A stretch of 64,000 nucleotides of DNA from a virus. Its lineage: Duplodnaviria; Caudoviricetes. The stretch lies in the IMG/VR virus record IMGVR_UViG_3300027793_000063, positions 1 to 64,000 of that record; one strand, 5' to 3'. Under the pieces are notes generated by a model that was not told where the DNA came from, made no database searches, and worked only from the letters and a program-made list of their open reading frames with translations. Shown here piece after piece: positions 45,441 to 55,682 of the stretch (the stretch's first letter is position 1; the number at the start of each line of letters is the position of its first letter). Both the position numbers and the translations under genes were made by a program.

Positions 45441-46201
45441 ACGAGTTCAAGCCATCCCGGCTCGGGTATCTGACCGCCCCACAGCCCGCCGATGACGGGA
45501 GAGAAGAGCGCGTCATTGCATATCCAATTGCCGTCCGCGTCCAGCCACTTGACCGCCGGTACGCCGTCGCCGTGGGTCATCGAACTGCCCGCGCATGTCA
45601 GGATACGTCCGACATCGAGGTGCTCGAAGTGTCCCTGGCTTGCGTATGGCGCTATCGGCTTCATGCCGCTGATGTAAGCGCCTTTCTTGATCACTCGGAA
45701 CTTCGCACCCTTGATGAACAGATCGCGGTAAGCTTGCAACTCCATTGGTTCAGCTTTTCGGTTGGTCTCGTCCTTCATCGCGCCGCACGCGAGGCGGGCG
45801 ATCAGTTCGCGGCTTACCGAGCTTCCAGGCCAGTCGGTGTCGTAGCGCTTCTGTACCGCCTGCAGGAAATCCTCCGGCCCGCTGAACTCAGGCGCGAAGT
45901 CGATGGCGTCCACGTAGCGCAGGTCGACCCGCGCTCCAGTGGTCCGCGGGTCGCGATCCGGCGGCGGAACAAACCCGGGCGGATCTCCGATGTTGAACTG
46001 GCTGCCAAACAGATGGTCGGTCTCCACCTCCACCCATTTGCCGGCGGCGAAGTCCATGACGGCGAACCAGCCCTGCATCGTCGGCTGCTGCCGGCTATGC
46101 GCGGCGAAGGACTTGTAGTCCGCGCCAGTCTTCAGCCCTTGCCCTTTCGCCATGCTTGCCGCGTAGCTGCCGTCAATGTCCTTGGTGATCTTAATTCGCA
46201 T
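45437..46201 (-). CDS. hypothetical protein
   Basis: Coupled ORF. Confidence 0.6.
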   Translation of the reverse strand: MRIKITKDIDGSYAASMAKGQGLKTGADYKSFAAHSRQQPTMQGWFAVMDFAAGKWVEVETDHLFGSQFNIGDPPGFVPPPDRDPRTTGARVDLRYVDAIDFAPEFSGPEDFLQAVQKRYDTDWPGSSVSRELIARLACGAMKDETNRKAEPMELQAYRDLFIKGAKFRVIKKGAYISGMKPIAPYASQGHFEHLDVGRILTCAGSSMTHGDGVPAVKWLDADGNWICNDALFSPVIGGLWGGQIPEPGWLELV

Positions 46202-46484
46202 TTGCAGCCTCGTGGATGTTACGACGCGCAGCCTCGGACAGTTTGGGCCAGGCGGCCGCAAGGTCCGAGTCGTATTCCCCGGACGTGACGACGGGCTCCT
46301 CGATAGTGCCGTCGCTGCCGTCACCGCCTAGCGGCTTGGCGTTTCCGGCCTTGTGTGCCTCCTCCAGGATAGCCCACAGTTCGCTGTAGGTGGCGTCCGT
46401 GAGTCCGGAGACGCACTCGGCGACTTCGTCGACGGAGAGATGTCGGAGTTTCCCGGGCGGTTGCGTGATGTCGATGTTGTTCAT
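46191..46484 (-). CDS. hypothetical protein
   Basis: 97-aa ORF. Confidence 0.55.
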   Translation of the reverse strand: MNNIDITQPPGKLRHLSVDEVAECVSGLTDATYSELWAILEEAHKAGNAKPLGGDGSDGTIEEPVVTSGEYDSDLAAAWPKLSEAARRNIHEAANAN

Positions 46485-46678
46485 GCTTGTTGGTTAGTTG
46501 TGCGTAATGATGATGTTGCTCCCGTAGTGTTCGTAAGCTTTCGCTTTCGCCCTCTCCAGGTCGGTGTCCTGCAGGTTTGTCCAGATGACGCGGTTGCCGA
46601 CAAGCTCACCAATGAGGTAAGCGTTGCGGCGCGGATGATACTCGATATGGATATCCTTACGGGGTTTAGTTGTTGCGC

Positions 46679-47104
46679 TCATCCGCCGACCCCCTGAGCC
46701 TGCAGCCATTGCGAGGTGTTGAATGTCCGCACCTCCGTCGCCGTGATGTATGCCGCGCCGCCGCCGTAGGCATCCACGCGCGGGTTGGAGCAGTCGTATG
46801 ACCACTCGAACGAGACCGGCTCGGTCATGTCGAACTTCTGCATGAGATGCTGGATGAGCTTTATGATCTCGTCGATGCCCCCGCTGTCGCTGTGAATCCA
46901 GATATCGCTGCCTTCATCCTTCTCGACGTCGAAGTTCCAGTTTTCGTCCTCGGCGTCCTTCTCCCAGCCTTTGGGTATGTCCGTTTCCGGCTTGTCGCCG
47001 TTCGCGCAATCAGCCATCGCCTGCGCTAGTTCGACGGCATACTGGACAGCTTCCGCAGACGGAAGCGCCAGTTCCATGCTCACCTTTGTGTAATAATCAG
47101 CCAT
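46679..47104 (-). CDS. hypothetical acidic protein
   Basis: MADYYT...YGGGA, phage family pattern. Confidence 0.65.
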   Translation of the reverse strand: MADYYTKVSMELALPSAEAVQYAVELAQAMADCANGDKPETDIPKGWEKDAEDENWNFDVEKDEGSDIWIHSDSGGIDEIIKLIQHLMQKFDMTEPVSFEWSYDCSNPRVDAYGGGAAYITATEVRTFNTSQWLQAQGVGG

Positions 47105-47105
47105 T

Positions 47106-47852
47106 TTATGTTTCGCGCAAAAGCACGATTTGAAGTTGGGGTTGAACCTGGTACGACAATCCGGTGGACGAGTAGTAAACGCTGGCCATCAGCGGTCGCA
47201 TATCGACATCGAAATAATCCTTCGCGTAGTTCTGCACCCAGTGAGGAATGCCGCGCACCTTCAGATTGCTGGTATACTTGTCCTCGCCCCTGGCGTCGTA
47301 AAACGCCAACGGAAGGTCGTAGGACAGATCCGTCAATTCGTCCATGGTCTCCGGCCGTCCGCGACGCAATGAGACGGTCAGCAGCAGCATGCCGCCGACT
47401 GCCAGAAGTTCGTTGCGAAACATGGCGGCGAGGTCTTCCTTCTTCTCCTTGGACCAGGTTCCCATCCAGTCCAGGTAGATAACGTCATAAGGCCGGCGCC
47501 TGGTCGTCAGGTCCGCGAAGCTGCGGAAGTCAACCGGACCAGCGGTCATCTTGAAGTGTTGCGGCAGAGCCTCGCCGAACTTGGCGGTATTCTTGTAAAT
47601 CCTCGGATCCCGCTCGAGCCCGAGGAATTCCATCTTAACGTCCGGGAAGTCACTTGCCAGCGCCTGCTCCCACACCCATGTCTGCGCAGGGAAGGACAGT
47701 ATCCGCAGTCGCTTCTTCATTCGGCGATACTGTCGCATCAAATCAAACGCCATGGCCCGATACAGCATGGCGTCTGCCAATCGCTTGGAGGTGTTCAGTC
47801 CCCATGCTATACGGTTGGGGTCGACGGTCTCTTTCTGTAGCTTCGGCTTCAT
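47106..47852 (-). CDS. putative class I SAM-dependent methyltransferase-like protein
   Basis: ILSFPA, FLGLERD, YDVIYLDWMG, LAVGGMLLLT Rossmann pattern. Confidence 0.5.
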   Translation of the reverse strand: MKPKLQKETVDPNRIAWGLNTSKRLADAMLYRAMAFDLMRQYRRMKKRLRILSFPAQTWVWEQALASDFPDVKMEFLGLERDPRIYKNTAKFGEALPQHFKMTAGPVDFRSFADLTTRRRPYDVIYLDWMGTWSKEKKEDLAAMFRNELLAVGGMLLLTVSLRRGRPETMDELTDLSYDLPLAFYDARGEDKYTSNLKVRGIPHWVQNYAKDYFDVDMRPLMASVYYSSTGLSYQVQPQLQIVLLRET

Positions 47853-48826
47853 GCGTTGGTTGGGTCGAGCAGATACACCTCGTAGTCGCCCTCGCGGATG
47901 CAGTCGTGCTGCTGCAGAGTCTCCCGCAAGGATGCCTCGGCCGTCGCCCGGTCCTCTGGCTCCGTCAGGATTGGTCCATACGTGTTCTCGATGGCGCACT
48001 GCACAGCGTGCTCCAGCGCCGCCTCTGCGGTCGGATGAACGCTGACCCATGGTCTCTGGCAGATGACCTCGCAGACGATGTGCTGCCCTGCGCCCTCGAA
48101 CCAGCCCTCCAGCAGCATGCGCCAGGCGGTCCGATCGGCGCGAATGAACGGCTTCAGCTGGCAGCCCAGTTTCTCGGTGAAGTATTCCAGCATGAACTTA
48201 GGCACAGACACTGCGCAGTCGGCGTGATGCTGATCCACTTTCCGCGGGTCAACGCCGGCTTTGTATGCCTCGCCCAGCATCTTGACATACTCCGTCATCA
48301 CGCCGCACCACTCGATCACGGAATGGATGCCGCACTGGGCGCCCAGTGCGTAATAGGAAGATGCCAGATCCCTCGCGCGCTGAAGCGCCTCCTCCGCTGA
48401 GGTAGGCGACACCCCGGAGTTGCTCCAGGCCGGCGCGCGAAACACGAACGGTTCCATCAGTCCGGTCGCCGCGCGCGGCGTGGCTGGCTCGGCGTGGTCC
48501 AAGTAGTTCCGCAGGCGCTCCTGCAGCCTGGCGAGATATTCCTCGCGCAGATCCAGCACGTTGGACAGACGTCCGCGCATGCCCAGATCCCGCAGCGCCA
48601 CGCTGGCAATCTCCATCAGCTCGTTCAGCTCCGTGTCCGTGAACGGCGGAATCTCCGGCAGTTTCTCCTGCGCGCAGTTCAGCCGCTCACACAGGTCTCC
48701 GATTTCGTCCTCCGTGGGCAGCGGCAGTCTGCCGCTGTCGGTGGCGATGTCGTCGACATCACGATGGTTGCCGACAGTCGACTGGTAGCTGCGCAAGGCT
48801 GCCAGGATGGTGTGGATGTGGTTCAC
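47849..48826 (-). CDS. hypothetical multidomain protein
   Basis: TILAALRSYQ...EIGDLCERLN N-terminal domain. Confidence 0.6.
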   Translation of the reverse strand: MNHIHTILAALRSYQSTVGNHRDVDDIATDSGRLPLPTEDEIGDLCERLNCAQEKLPEIPPFTDTELNELMEIASVALRDLGMRGRLSNVLDLREEYLARLQERLRNYLDHAEPATPRAATGLMEPFVFRAPAWSNSGVSPTSAEEALQRARDLASSYYALGAQCGIHSVIEWCGVMTEYVKMLGEAYKAGVDPRKVDQHHADCAVSVPKFMLEYFTEKLGCQLKPFIRADRTAWRMLLEGWFEGAGQHIVCEVICQRPWVSVHPTAEAALEHAVQCAIENTYGPILTEPEDRATAEASLRETLQQHDCIREGDYEVYLLDPTNA

Positions 48827-49040
48827 TTGAACGAGATGGTGGTGCGGTTGCCGATTGTGCACATGTTGAACTCGCCCTTGGCTGCCCGTCTGCCAATGGT
48901 GTCGATCTGCTCCTGTGACCAGACGGTGTCCTCGGTGCCAATGAGTTTGCACACTTCCTGCACCTGCCGCAGATCCCTGGCCACGTAGGCCGGGTGGTGC
49001 GGCAGGTCGACTGACGATATTCTGATGATTTCGATGTTGC

Positions 49041-50198
49041 TCATGAGTTGGTGAATGTTGTGTCGTCCTCGGCCGTGTAGATTTCCGCCCCGGTGTTGCC
49101 CAACGGCATCGCCTTCCAGTCCTTGTCCGACTCCTTCGGTGTCCGCCATTGGGACGGCATCTTGGGAATCGTCTGGATGATGGCGCCATCGAACTTCGGA
49201 TCGGGCTGCCAGTCGTTCCTGATGGCTTTCTCGGCCAGGGCCTTGATGCGCTTGGGCGGCTCACCCTCCTCCCACTGGATGTCGCCCCAGACGTTGGCGA
49301 CCACCCATTCATCATCGTCCGTGCGGACGCGATACCAGGAGGCATTATCTCGTTTCCAGTAGTAGGCGGTCTCCGCCTTCATGTGCTCGATGTCGCGGTC
49401 GAAGTCGGCCGTCCAGAACGGGAACAGGTGGGTGAACGGGCCGGAGCAGACCTCCGAGCCTTCGACGATCGAGCCGAACTTGATGCCGCAGCATTTCGCC
49501 GGGTCCAGTGTGGCGGTACCGCGCCCGAGGTCCTCGTAGTAGACCTCCCGGTAGTCGGCGCCTACATGCTCCGTGCTGGCCGGCTGCCGCAGATGAAGCG
49601 CGGTCCTCGTCTTCCGGACCAGCTCCAGCGTGCGTCCAGTGCGCTTCTGCTTGGCCTCGTCCGCCATGTAGGCGCGGACGAGCTCGCAGTAGTGCGCCCA
49701 GGTGCGCTCCTTGCGGTCCAGCCCGTCCTTGTCGAGCCCGAGGAACTGGACGAACTTCGGGTCCAGCTCGCCGGCGTTGACGAGCCTGGCGCGGTTCCGG
49801 ACGCAGCGCACGACCGCCACCTTGGAAGGATGCTCGATGTCCTGCGCCGGCGTCACCAGCTCCAGGAACTGAGCCCAGGGCCCGCAGTCGGTGTACTTGT
49901 AAAAAGCACGCGCCCACTGATACGGGCTGTCGCCGCAGCCGCGCCATTCCAGGAACTCAGCGAGGTTACGGATCAGTCGACCTTTCGTGCATGGCGGTTT
50001 GTTGAACCAGTCGAACTTGACGCACACGTTGTATGCGGCTCGCTCGACGGATTCTCCTTTCTCCGGCACGTAGATCTCCGACACATAATCCTCGCCTCGT
50101 TCCGCTCCGAATCGGAGCTGGAAGGCGCGGTCTCTTTTCGTTTCGCCGACGCGCTCGATGGAGCAGCCGGCAGGTAGTTTCAGTTGTTTCTTACTCAT
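49041..50198 (-). CDS. hypothetical protein
   Basis: YKYTDCGPW...GSIVEGSE. Confidence 0.65.
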   Translation of the reverse strand: MSKKQLKLPAGCSIERVGETKRDRAFQLRFGAERGEDYVSEIYVPEKGESVERAAYNVCVKFDWFNKPPCTKGRLIRNLAEFLEWRGCGDSPYQWARAFYKYTDCGPWAQFLELVTPAQDIEHPSKVAVVRCVRNRARLVNAGELDPKFVQFLGLDKDGLDRKERTWAHYCELVRAYMADEAKQKRTGRTLELVRKTRTALHLRQPASTEHVGADYREVYYEDLGRGTATLDPAKCCGIKFGSIVEGSEVCSGPFTHLFPFWTADFDRDIEHMKAETAYYWKRDNASWYRVRTDDDEWVVANVWGDIQWEEGEPPKRIKALAEKAIRNDWQPDPKFDGAIIQTIPKMPSQWRTPKESDKDWKAMPLGNTGAEIYTAEDDTTFTNS

Positions 50199-50204
50199 GT
50201 TTGG

Positions 50205-50345
50205 TTTGGGGTTGTGCCCCCGCCAAACGGTGAGTCCCCGGCATCTCGCCCGGGATGGACGTGCATAGCCCAAAGGCCGAATGTCCCTGATGTGCGGCAG
50301 GCCCAGGCCTGCGTGGTGTCAGCGCCCCGTCGCTGGGGCGAAAGA
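50205..50345 (-). ncRNA. candidate structured leader RNA
   Basis: Intergenic; hairpins CGCCCC/GGGGCG, GCAGGCC/GGCCTGC, GGAC/GTCC, CCCGG/CCGGG. Confidence 0.35.
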
Positions 50346-50346
50346 A

Positions 50347-50805
50347 TCAGCTACCGCATGGCGCATCCATGACCCAGAGGATTTCCTCCAGGCGAACGTC
50401 CACGCCGCGGTCGGCGGGATAGGGCAGACCAGGCACTTCGCGCAATTTGCGGTCGTCGTCGTCGCTGCCGTCAATGATGCCGCCCAACGTGAGCCACCCG
50501 TTACCGTGCCACGTCGCCTCTTGAAACCGGATTACCTCGCCCGATTTCAGCTTCAGCGCGTAATCGAAAGAGTCCGTGCACGCTTTGGCCAAGGCATGCG
50601 ACCCGAGATCCTTCTCAAGTTTGCGCAGCTCTTCTTCGTCACGCTTTCGCCTGGCTGCGTCATACGCGACCAGACGTGCCTCTTCTTCCCGCTTTGCTTC
50701 TTCTCCGTGTTCGCCGCGGAGCGCCTCCTCCGAGCGCTCTATAGCGCGGTCAATTTCGTCATCTTCGATTTCCTGGTCGGTGGGACCATTGTTGCTAACA
50801 CTCAT
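50347..50805 (-). CDS. hypothetical protein
   Basis: 152-aa ORF. Confidence 0.6.
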   Translation of the reverse strand: MSVSNNGPTDQEIEDDEIDRAIERSEEALRGEHGEEAKREEEARLVAYDAARRKRDEEELRKLEKDLGSHALAKACTDSFDYALKLKSGEVIRFQEATWHGNGWLTLGGIIDGSDDDDRKLREVPGLPYPADRGVDVRLEEILWVMDAPCGS

Positions 50806-50885
50806 TTTTGGTTGTTGGGGTTGTTGTTGCGGTTATTCGGTGGTCCTCAGATTGGTGCATTAGATGGTGAGCCATCTACTCGATC

Positions 50886-51152
50886 TCATAGCTTCTCCGG
50901 GTCCGGCACGTAGCCGCATCCTTCCATGGCGCCGTCGATGCCCTTGGCGCGCAGTGCCTTCTTGATGCCGCCCTCCTTCGCTGAGCACTCCAGGCAGATG
51001 GTGTCATTGTTGAACCACGACATGATGCGTGCGATCAGTTCGTTTGGACACCGAGCGCACTTGTTCGCGGCGAAGAACGGGTCCGGCGTCGTGCTGCTGG
51101 GCAGTCGCGGCGCGCGGTCAGATCTGAATTGTTGACCTGCTGTTAAGCGCAT
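50886..51152 (-). CDS. small Zn-finger protein
   Basis: FF..CARC...RIMSWFN.DTICLEC. Confidence 0.6.
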   Translation of the reverse strand: MRLTAGQQFRSDRAPRLPSSTTPDPFFAANKCARCPNELIARIMSWFNNDTICLECSAKEGGIKKALRAKGIDGAMEGCGYVPDPEKL

Positions 51153-51985
51153 TGGGTTGATGTGTGTTTGCTAAATTCCTCCAGGATCTGCAGCGCCGGA
51201 AGATGCCGGTATTTCTCGAAGCCTTTCGCCTCCAGCTGCTCTACGCCGGGTCGATGGTCCATGGAAGACTGCAAGTCAGCAGCATCGCCGCCGGCGGCAA
51301 TCACGGCAGAACGCAGCCCGGCGCCGAAGCCTGCGATCATCAGATCCCACTCGGCTATCTCGCCCACCAGCGCCTGCAGGTCACGATCATCCCAGTAGCC
51401 AGACTCGTCGCTGACGCGTGCCAGAATTCCAAGTTCCTTGGCCTTGTCCAGAATGGCGATGACGCACAGATGGCACTCGAGGAAGTGCTTCAGCCCGCCG
51501 CAGCGGGGGTCGTTGGCATACTGCGTCTTGCAGAATGAATTCCACCGCCAGGTCGCACCTTCCGCCTTCAGCTTCTTTCCGTTGAAAATCCTCGATCTGG
51601 GAAACCGCACCAGACCGAAGTTGGCAGCCTCGCAGCCTTCGCCCGGCCACGTGCTGAACCCATGGAACTCCTGCGCGTGGATGTCGACCGATCGCCTGTA
51701 GCCCGACGCCTTCTCGCGCGGCGTGGTCACATCCACCGAGTCGCGCAAGCCCTGAATTGCCCGCCAGCGAAAGGACTCTGCGTCCATGTCGTCAGGCAGT
51801 GCCGGATACGTCTCTGCCTTGTTGTAGTCCACGTCGGCGCCTCCGCTGAACACGCCGGAGACGGTTTCGAACGGAAGGTCCATCGCGAACGATCTCAGCG
51901 CCGTAATTGCTTCGAGCGCTTTCTTGCTCCCTGCTTTTGTTGCCGGCGCTTCGAGCGCCAGGTCGTAGTGTATGGTAAGTCCCAT
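51143..51985 (-). CDS. hypothetical protein
   Basis: MGLTIHY...FCKTQYA...VSDESGYW. Confidence 0.65.
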   Translation of the reverse strand: MGLTIHYDLALEAPATKAGSKKALEAITALRSFAMDLPFETVSGVFSGGADVDYNKAETYPALPDDMDAESFRWRAIQGLRDSVDVTTPREKASGYRRSVDIHAQEFHGFSTWPGEGCEAANFGLVRFPRSRIFNGKKLKAEGATWRWNSFCKTQYANDPRCGGLKHFLECHLCVIAILDKAKELGILARVSDESGYWDDRDLQALVGEIAEWDLMIAGFGAGLRSAVIAAGGDAADLQSSMDHRPGVEQLEAKGFEKYRHLPALQILEEFSKHTSTQCA

Positions 51986-51986
51986 G

Positions 51987-53048
51987 TCAGTATAGTTGTT
52001 GGTGTTTGATATCCCACAGTTCTTGGTATCGCTGCCGCACAGTGCTCTCGTCGAGGTAAGGACTCTCCCACTCGTAGAACGCGCAGATCGACCGGCGCAT
52101 CTCTGCGAGCTTCCTACTCTCCTCCGCGGTCGGCACGCAGTGCGGCCAGCCCTTGGTGAACTGCAGATGCTTGGGCACCCAGCCCTGCGCTTTGTTCCGA
52201 TGTGCTGCCAGACTCTGCGCGGTGCCCAATCGTTCGAGCCCATTCGGGACCAGGTCCGGCGCCAGCGACGTGAGCCAGCGGCTGCCCTGGAACGCGAAGC
52301 CGCTCGCCAGTTCGAGGTCGCACATCCGGACGTAGATCGCCGCGGCGGCCGGGTCCTTCAGGCTGGCGCGCAGGTCCGCCTCGTTGGCGAGGATGCAGAA
52401 CCGACACGACACGCGGGATGACCCGAACAGCGAGTATGCCTCATGGGGTTTGATGCCTGACGCGGCAATCTCCGCCCACACGTCTTCCTCCGTCCAGTGA
52501 TGAATAGGGCGCCATGCTAGGCTGCCGGGCGGAAGCTTGGCAACAGGCGCGCAGACGGGCTGCTTGGAGCGTGCAGCGCTCTCCTCCCCGCGCACGCCGG
52601 TGACGTTGAGCACCGGAACCTTGCCGAAGCGTCGCTTGATCAGGGAGGTGATGGGAGCGACCTTCAGCTCTGACTGACAAAAGCGCATGGCCGGCGTGCT
52701 CCACGGCAGCACGACAGTCACAGTCTCCATCGCGCAGTAGCGACGCTTGGAAGACGCCCACCTAGACTCCCAGCGCTCCATCATGCCCCCGGCTGGGCGC
52801 GTGCAGGATGCCAGTTCCCACCCCGTGCGCTCAGCGATGCGCTGGCAGCTAGGCCAAGAGTCGAGCCACTCGGTGGATCCCAAATCTGCATGCAGAAGCA
52901 GCTTCGGGCCGGCGTAGTCGAGAAGAGCCTGAGACACTGCCCAGGCGACGGCCGTGGAATCCTTTCCGCCGGAAAGGCCGATCACCACAGGAGCCTGCGC
53001 GTTCAGCAGGCGTTGCACTTCGGGAGGTATCAGGATGTTTCTGCTCAT
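51987..53048 (-). CDS. PAPS reductase-like (PP-loop) protein
   Basis: SGGKDS, GVRGEESAAR, RPIHHW, RVSCRFC. Confidence 0.88.
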   Translation of the reverse strand: MSRNILIPPEVQRLLNAQAPVVIGLSGGKDSTAVAWAVSQALLDYAGPKLLLHADLGSTEWLDSWPSCQRIAERTGWELASCTRPAGGMMERWESRWASSKRRYCAMETVTVVLPWSTPAMRFCQSELKVAPITSLIKRRFGKVPVLNVTGVRGEESAARSKQPVCAPVAKLPPGSLAWRPIHHWTEEDVWAEIAASGIKPHEAYSLFGSSRVSCRFCILANEADLRASLKDPAAAAIYVRMCDLELASGFAFQGSRWLTSLAPDLVPNGLERLGTAQSLAAHRNKAQGWVPKHLQFTKGWPHCVPTAEESRKLAEMRRSICAFYEWESPYLDESTVRQRYQELWDIKHQQLY

Positions 53049-53055
53049 GGCGTGG

Positions 53056-53343
53056 TCACCAGCATTCGATGAGCGGTTGAATGTCCTCGCGGTAGATACG
53101 GTCGCAGATGTCCTCGTATTTCAGCGATGTGTCCGGTCTGCCTCGTCGGCGACATAGCACAGCCGCGCGCTTGTCGCAGGCGTAGTTCATGAGGCCGTTG
53201 GCCGCCCGCTTGCACTGCGACCCTCGGAACCCCAGCCGGCGGGCCAGGGAGACGCCGCGCCACGGCTCATACTCCCGCAGAAACTCATCGAGTTCGGCCT
53301 CGTCGTCCAGGTTGATGTCCAGTGCGAAAGGTTTGTCGCTCAT
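53056..53343 (-). CDS. hypothetical protein
   Basis: Coupled ORF. Confidence 0.55.
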   Translation of the reverse strand: MSDKPFALDINLDDEAELDEFLREYEPWRGVSLARRLGFRGSQCKRAANGLMNYACDKRAAVLCRRRGRPDTSLKYEDICDRIYREDIQPLIECW

Positions 53344-54047
53344 GACCTCACCGCCTTGCATGTCGCCATAGCCTCGTCGCGCAGCTTGTGCAGCTCGCGG
53401 ACGGTCGCCTGGTAGCGAGCCTCGGCGGCCTGGCTCGGCTTCCATTTCAGCAGCGTTTCCACCTGCTTCGCGACGCCCTCGCCGTATTTCTCCACGAGCC
53501 ATTCCCTGGGAGACTGATCCACCTCGGCAGTCCACTTGTCGAAGTTCACCCCGTGCTGGCGCATCAGGGACTTCAGCAGGCCCATCATGTCCAGACTCCA
53601 CGGGCCGCCCATCATGTAGGACAACGCTTCGCCGCAGCTGAGTGGATCGACGCCGAGCACGTGCTTCAGCCCGACCGTCAGCTCGTCCGGTGGATACCGA
53701 TCGTGCTGCGTGTAATACGTCAGCGCTACCTGCTGTAGCGAGTAGTCGCAGCACATCAGCCCGCACGCCGCCAGCGGCAGGCCGTATTCTTTCGCGTAGG
53801 CCATCCACTCAGCATACCAAGCGTCCCACGCTTTCAACTCGCAGAAGCGATTGTCCGGTTCTTTCGGCGGCTCCGGGACCTCCAGCTTCGTCCACGCCTG
53901 CTTCCCTGTGAGCTTGTAGCTGAACGAGCCGCGTCCGATCCAGAATATCCGCTTTTTCCCTTTTCCTTCGTCGTAGCTGCTCACGCTGATCGGCCAGCGC
54001 GAGTAGGGGATCGTGTAGCCGTTGAAGGCTCTGAGTGCGTTCATCAT
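53340..54047 (-). CDS. hypothetical protein
   Basis: Coupled ORF. Confidence 0.6.
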   Translation of the reverse strand: MMNALRAFNGYTIPYSRWPISVSSYDEGKGKKRIFWIGRGSFSYKLTGKQAWTKLEVPEPPKEPDNRFCELKAWDAWYAEWMAYAKEYGLPLAACGLMCCDYSLQQVALTYYTQHDRYPPDELTVGLKHVLGVDPLSCGEALSYMMGGPWSLDMMGLLKSLMRQHGVNFDKWTAEVDQSPREWLVEKYGEGVAKQVETLLKWKPSQAAEARYQATVRELHKLRDEAMATCKAVRS

Positions 54048-54250
54048 GGTCGTGTTATTACGGCGCTCAACTCACGCGTCCTCTTCACCACCGTGGCGAT
54101 ATCAACGCCGGCCGCGAACATTGGCGGATTGTCCTGCAGCGCGTGTACTATCGGATTGTTCGCACTACGGACGGTTCCTCCGCCGAAGCTGGGGAATTCG
54201 TGCGCGAGAATGGCGACGATGTCGTCTTCGTTTTCAGGTATAATTTTCAT
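54044..54250 (-). CDS. hypothetical protein
   Basis: Coupled ORF. Confidence 0.55.
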   Translation of the reverse strand: MKIIPENEDDIVAILAHEFPSFGGGTVRSANNPIVHALQDNPPMFAAGVDIATVVKRTRELSAVITRP

Positions 54251-54274
54251 GGTCGAATTTGATTTTCAGTTTAG

Positions 54275-55174
54275 CTACTCGGTCGGACCGTCCTCATCCA
54301 GCGCCAGGCGCAGCCCGGACAGATCAGTCTCTCCGGCCGCGATCCGCTTCACGCCGAGCAGGATTTGCTCCAGGAGCGGCTCACCGCCGGCCGCCTGCAG
54401 ACGCATGGCGGTAGCGGACATGTCGAGTTCCTTGATCATCTGCGGCAGCTCCTCGAGGTCATGCTCCGCTTTTGCGAGCTTCTGCTCGGCTGCGAGCATC
54501 TGCTTCATCGGCTCAACGAAAGTCATCCGCGCGTCCTGCAACTCGCTCGTGCACGTGACGGTCAGTGTGCGGGTGAACTCCAGCGAATCTTCGTTCTCAG
54601 CGTCGCCTTTGCTGATCACGATCTCAACTCCAATCTCGAGGTCGTAACTGAGATCCGGGTCGTCCAGCGGCTCGTCGTAGTCGAGTAGCGTGATGTTGAG
54701 TGCCAACTCGCGACCGCCGCTGCCGCCGAGATGGCAGCGGCCTCCGTCGATCTCAATGATCCCCATCTGGCGTCCCAGTGCTTCGTTCGCTTTCGGGCTG
54801 CACACGAAGAAATCGTGACGGAGGCCGAGCGTCACGGTGACCGAAGAATACTCGACTTCGTGTTCGTCGTCCGTCTCCTTTTCATCAGTGGTCGGAAACA
54901 GGCGGTTCATGACTTGGAACGAGTGACGCAAGTCGCTGATCAGCGCGCCTGCGACGGGCTTGACACATTCGACCACTGCCTTGTTGTAGGCGTCGCGCAA
55001 CGGTAGGGTGGAGTCCCACGCTGCTGCGACCTCCAGTTTGGATTCCTTGATGCGAGCTTTGAAGGTTTTCTCCAGCTCGTGTTTTCCGAGCTTGAGCGCG
55101 TCGCCGGTCAGTGCGCGCTGATCTTCGAGGCTCTGCCTTATGATGGGTTCGGTGATGGTTGGTTTGATTTTCAT
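54275..55174 (-). CDS. hypothetical protein
   Basis: 299-aa ORF. Confidence 0.6.
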   Translation of the reverse strand: MKIKPTITEPIIRQSLEDQRALTGDALKLGKHELEKTFKARIKESKLEVAAAWDSTLPLRDAYNKAVVECVKPVAGALISDLRHSFQVMNRLFPTTDEKETDDEHEVEYSSVTVTLGLRHDFFVCSPKANEALGRQMGIIEIDGGRCHLGGSGGRELALNITLLDYDEPLDDPDLSYDLEIGVEIVISKGDAENEDSLEFTRTLTVTCTSELQDARMTFVEPMKQMLAAEQKLAKAEHDLEELPQMIKELDMSATAMRLQAAGGEPLLEQILLGVKRIAAGETDLSGLRLALDEDGPTE

Positions 55175-55187
55175 GATGGCGTTGGTG

Positions 55188-55673
55188 TTAAACCGGCTTG
55201 CCGGACTGTAATAGAGTGATGCCCCGCAGATGATCGTGCTCGTGCTGAAACACACGGGCCGGCAGACCTGTCAGCTTCTTGTCCGTGATCTTGTGCCCCT
55301 GCTCGTTGGTCCAGGACGCCAGGATGACGTATTCGCGTTCGACGTTGAACTGCCGTCCGGGTAGGGACAAGCAGCCTTCGACGTCGGTGACCTTGACCGA
55401 CTTGGGCCCGGGGCGCCAACTCGGGTTGACGCACAGATGCGCGACGCTCGAATTGACGTTACCAGCGGACGTGACCCTGGCACTCGCCGCGAGGAAGAAG
55501 AAATTCTCCCGCAGGCCGACCTGGTTCGCGGCGATGCCGCATGCGGACTTCTCACGGGCGAGCCGCATCAGGTCCGGGCGGTAAGCGCGTATTGCCGCTG
55601 GGTCCGACTGGATGCCTGTGAGATCCTCGTTGAGAATGTTATCGCGCGTGTTGATCAGTTTTATGGTTAGCAT
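55188..55673 (-). CDS. def: peptide deformylase
   Basis: CGIAANQVG, EGCLSLP, QHEHDHLRG. Confidence 0.93.
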   Translation of the reverse strand: MLTIKLINTRDNILNEDLTGIQSDPAAIRAYRPDLMRLAREKSACGIAANQVGLRENFFFLAASARVTSAGNVNSSVAHLCVNPSWRPGPKSVKVTDVEGCLSLPGRQFNVEREYVILASWTNEQGHKITDKKLTGLPARVFQHEHDHLRGITLLQSGKPV

Positions 55674-55682
55674 GGGTACAGC

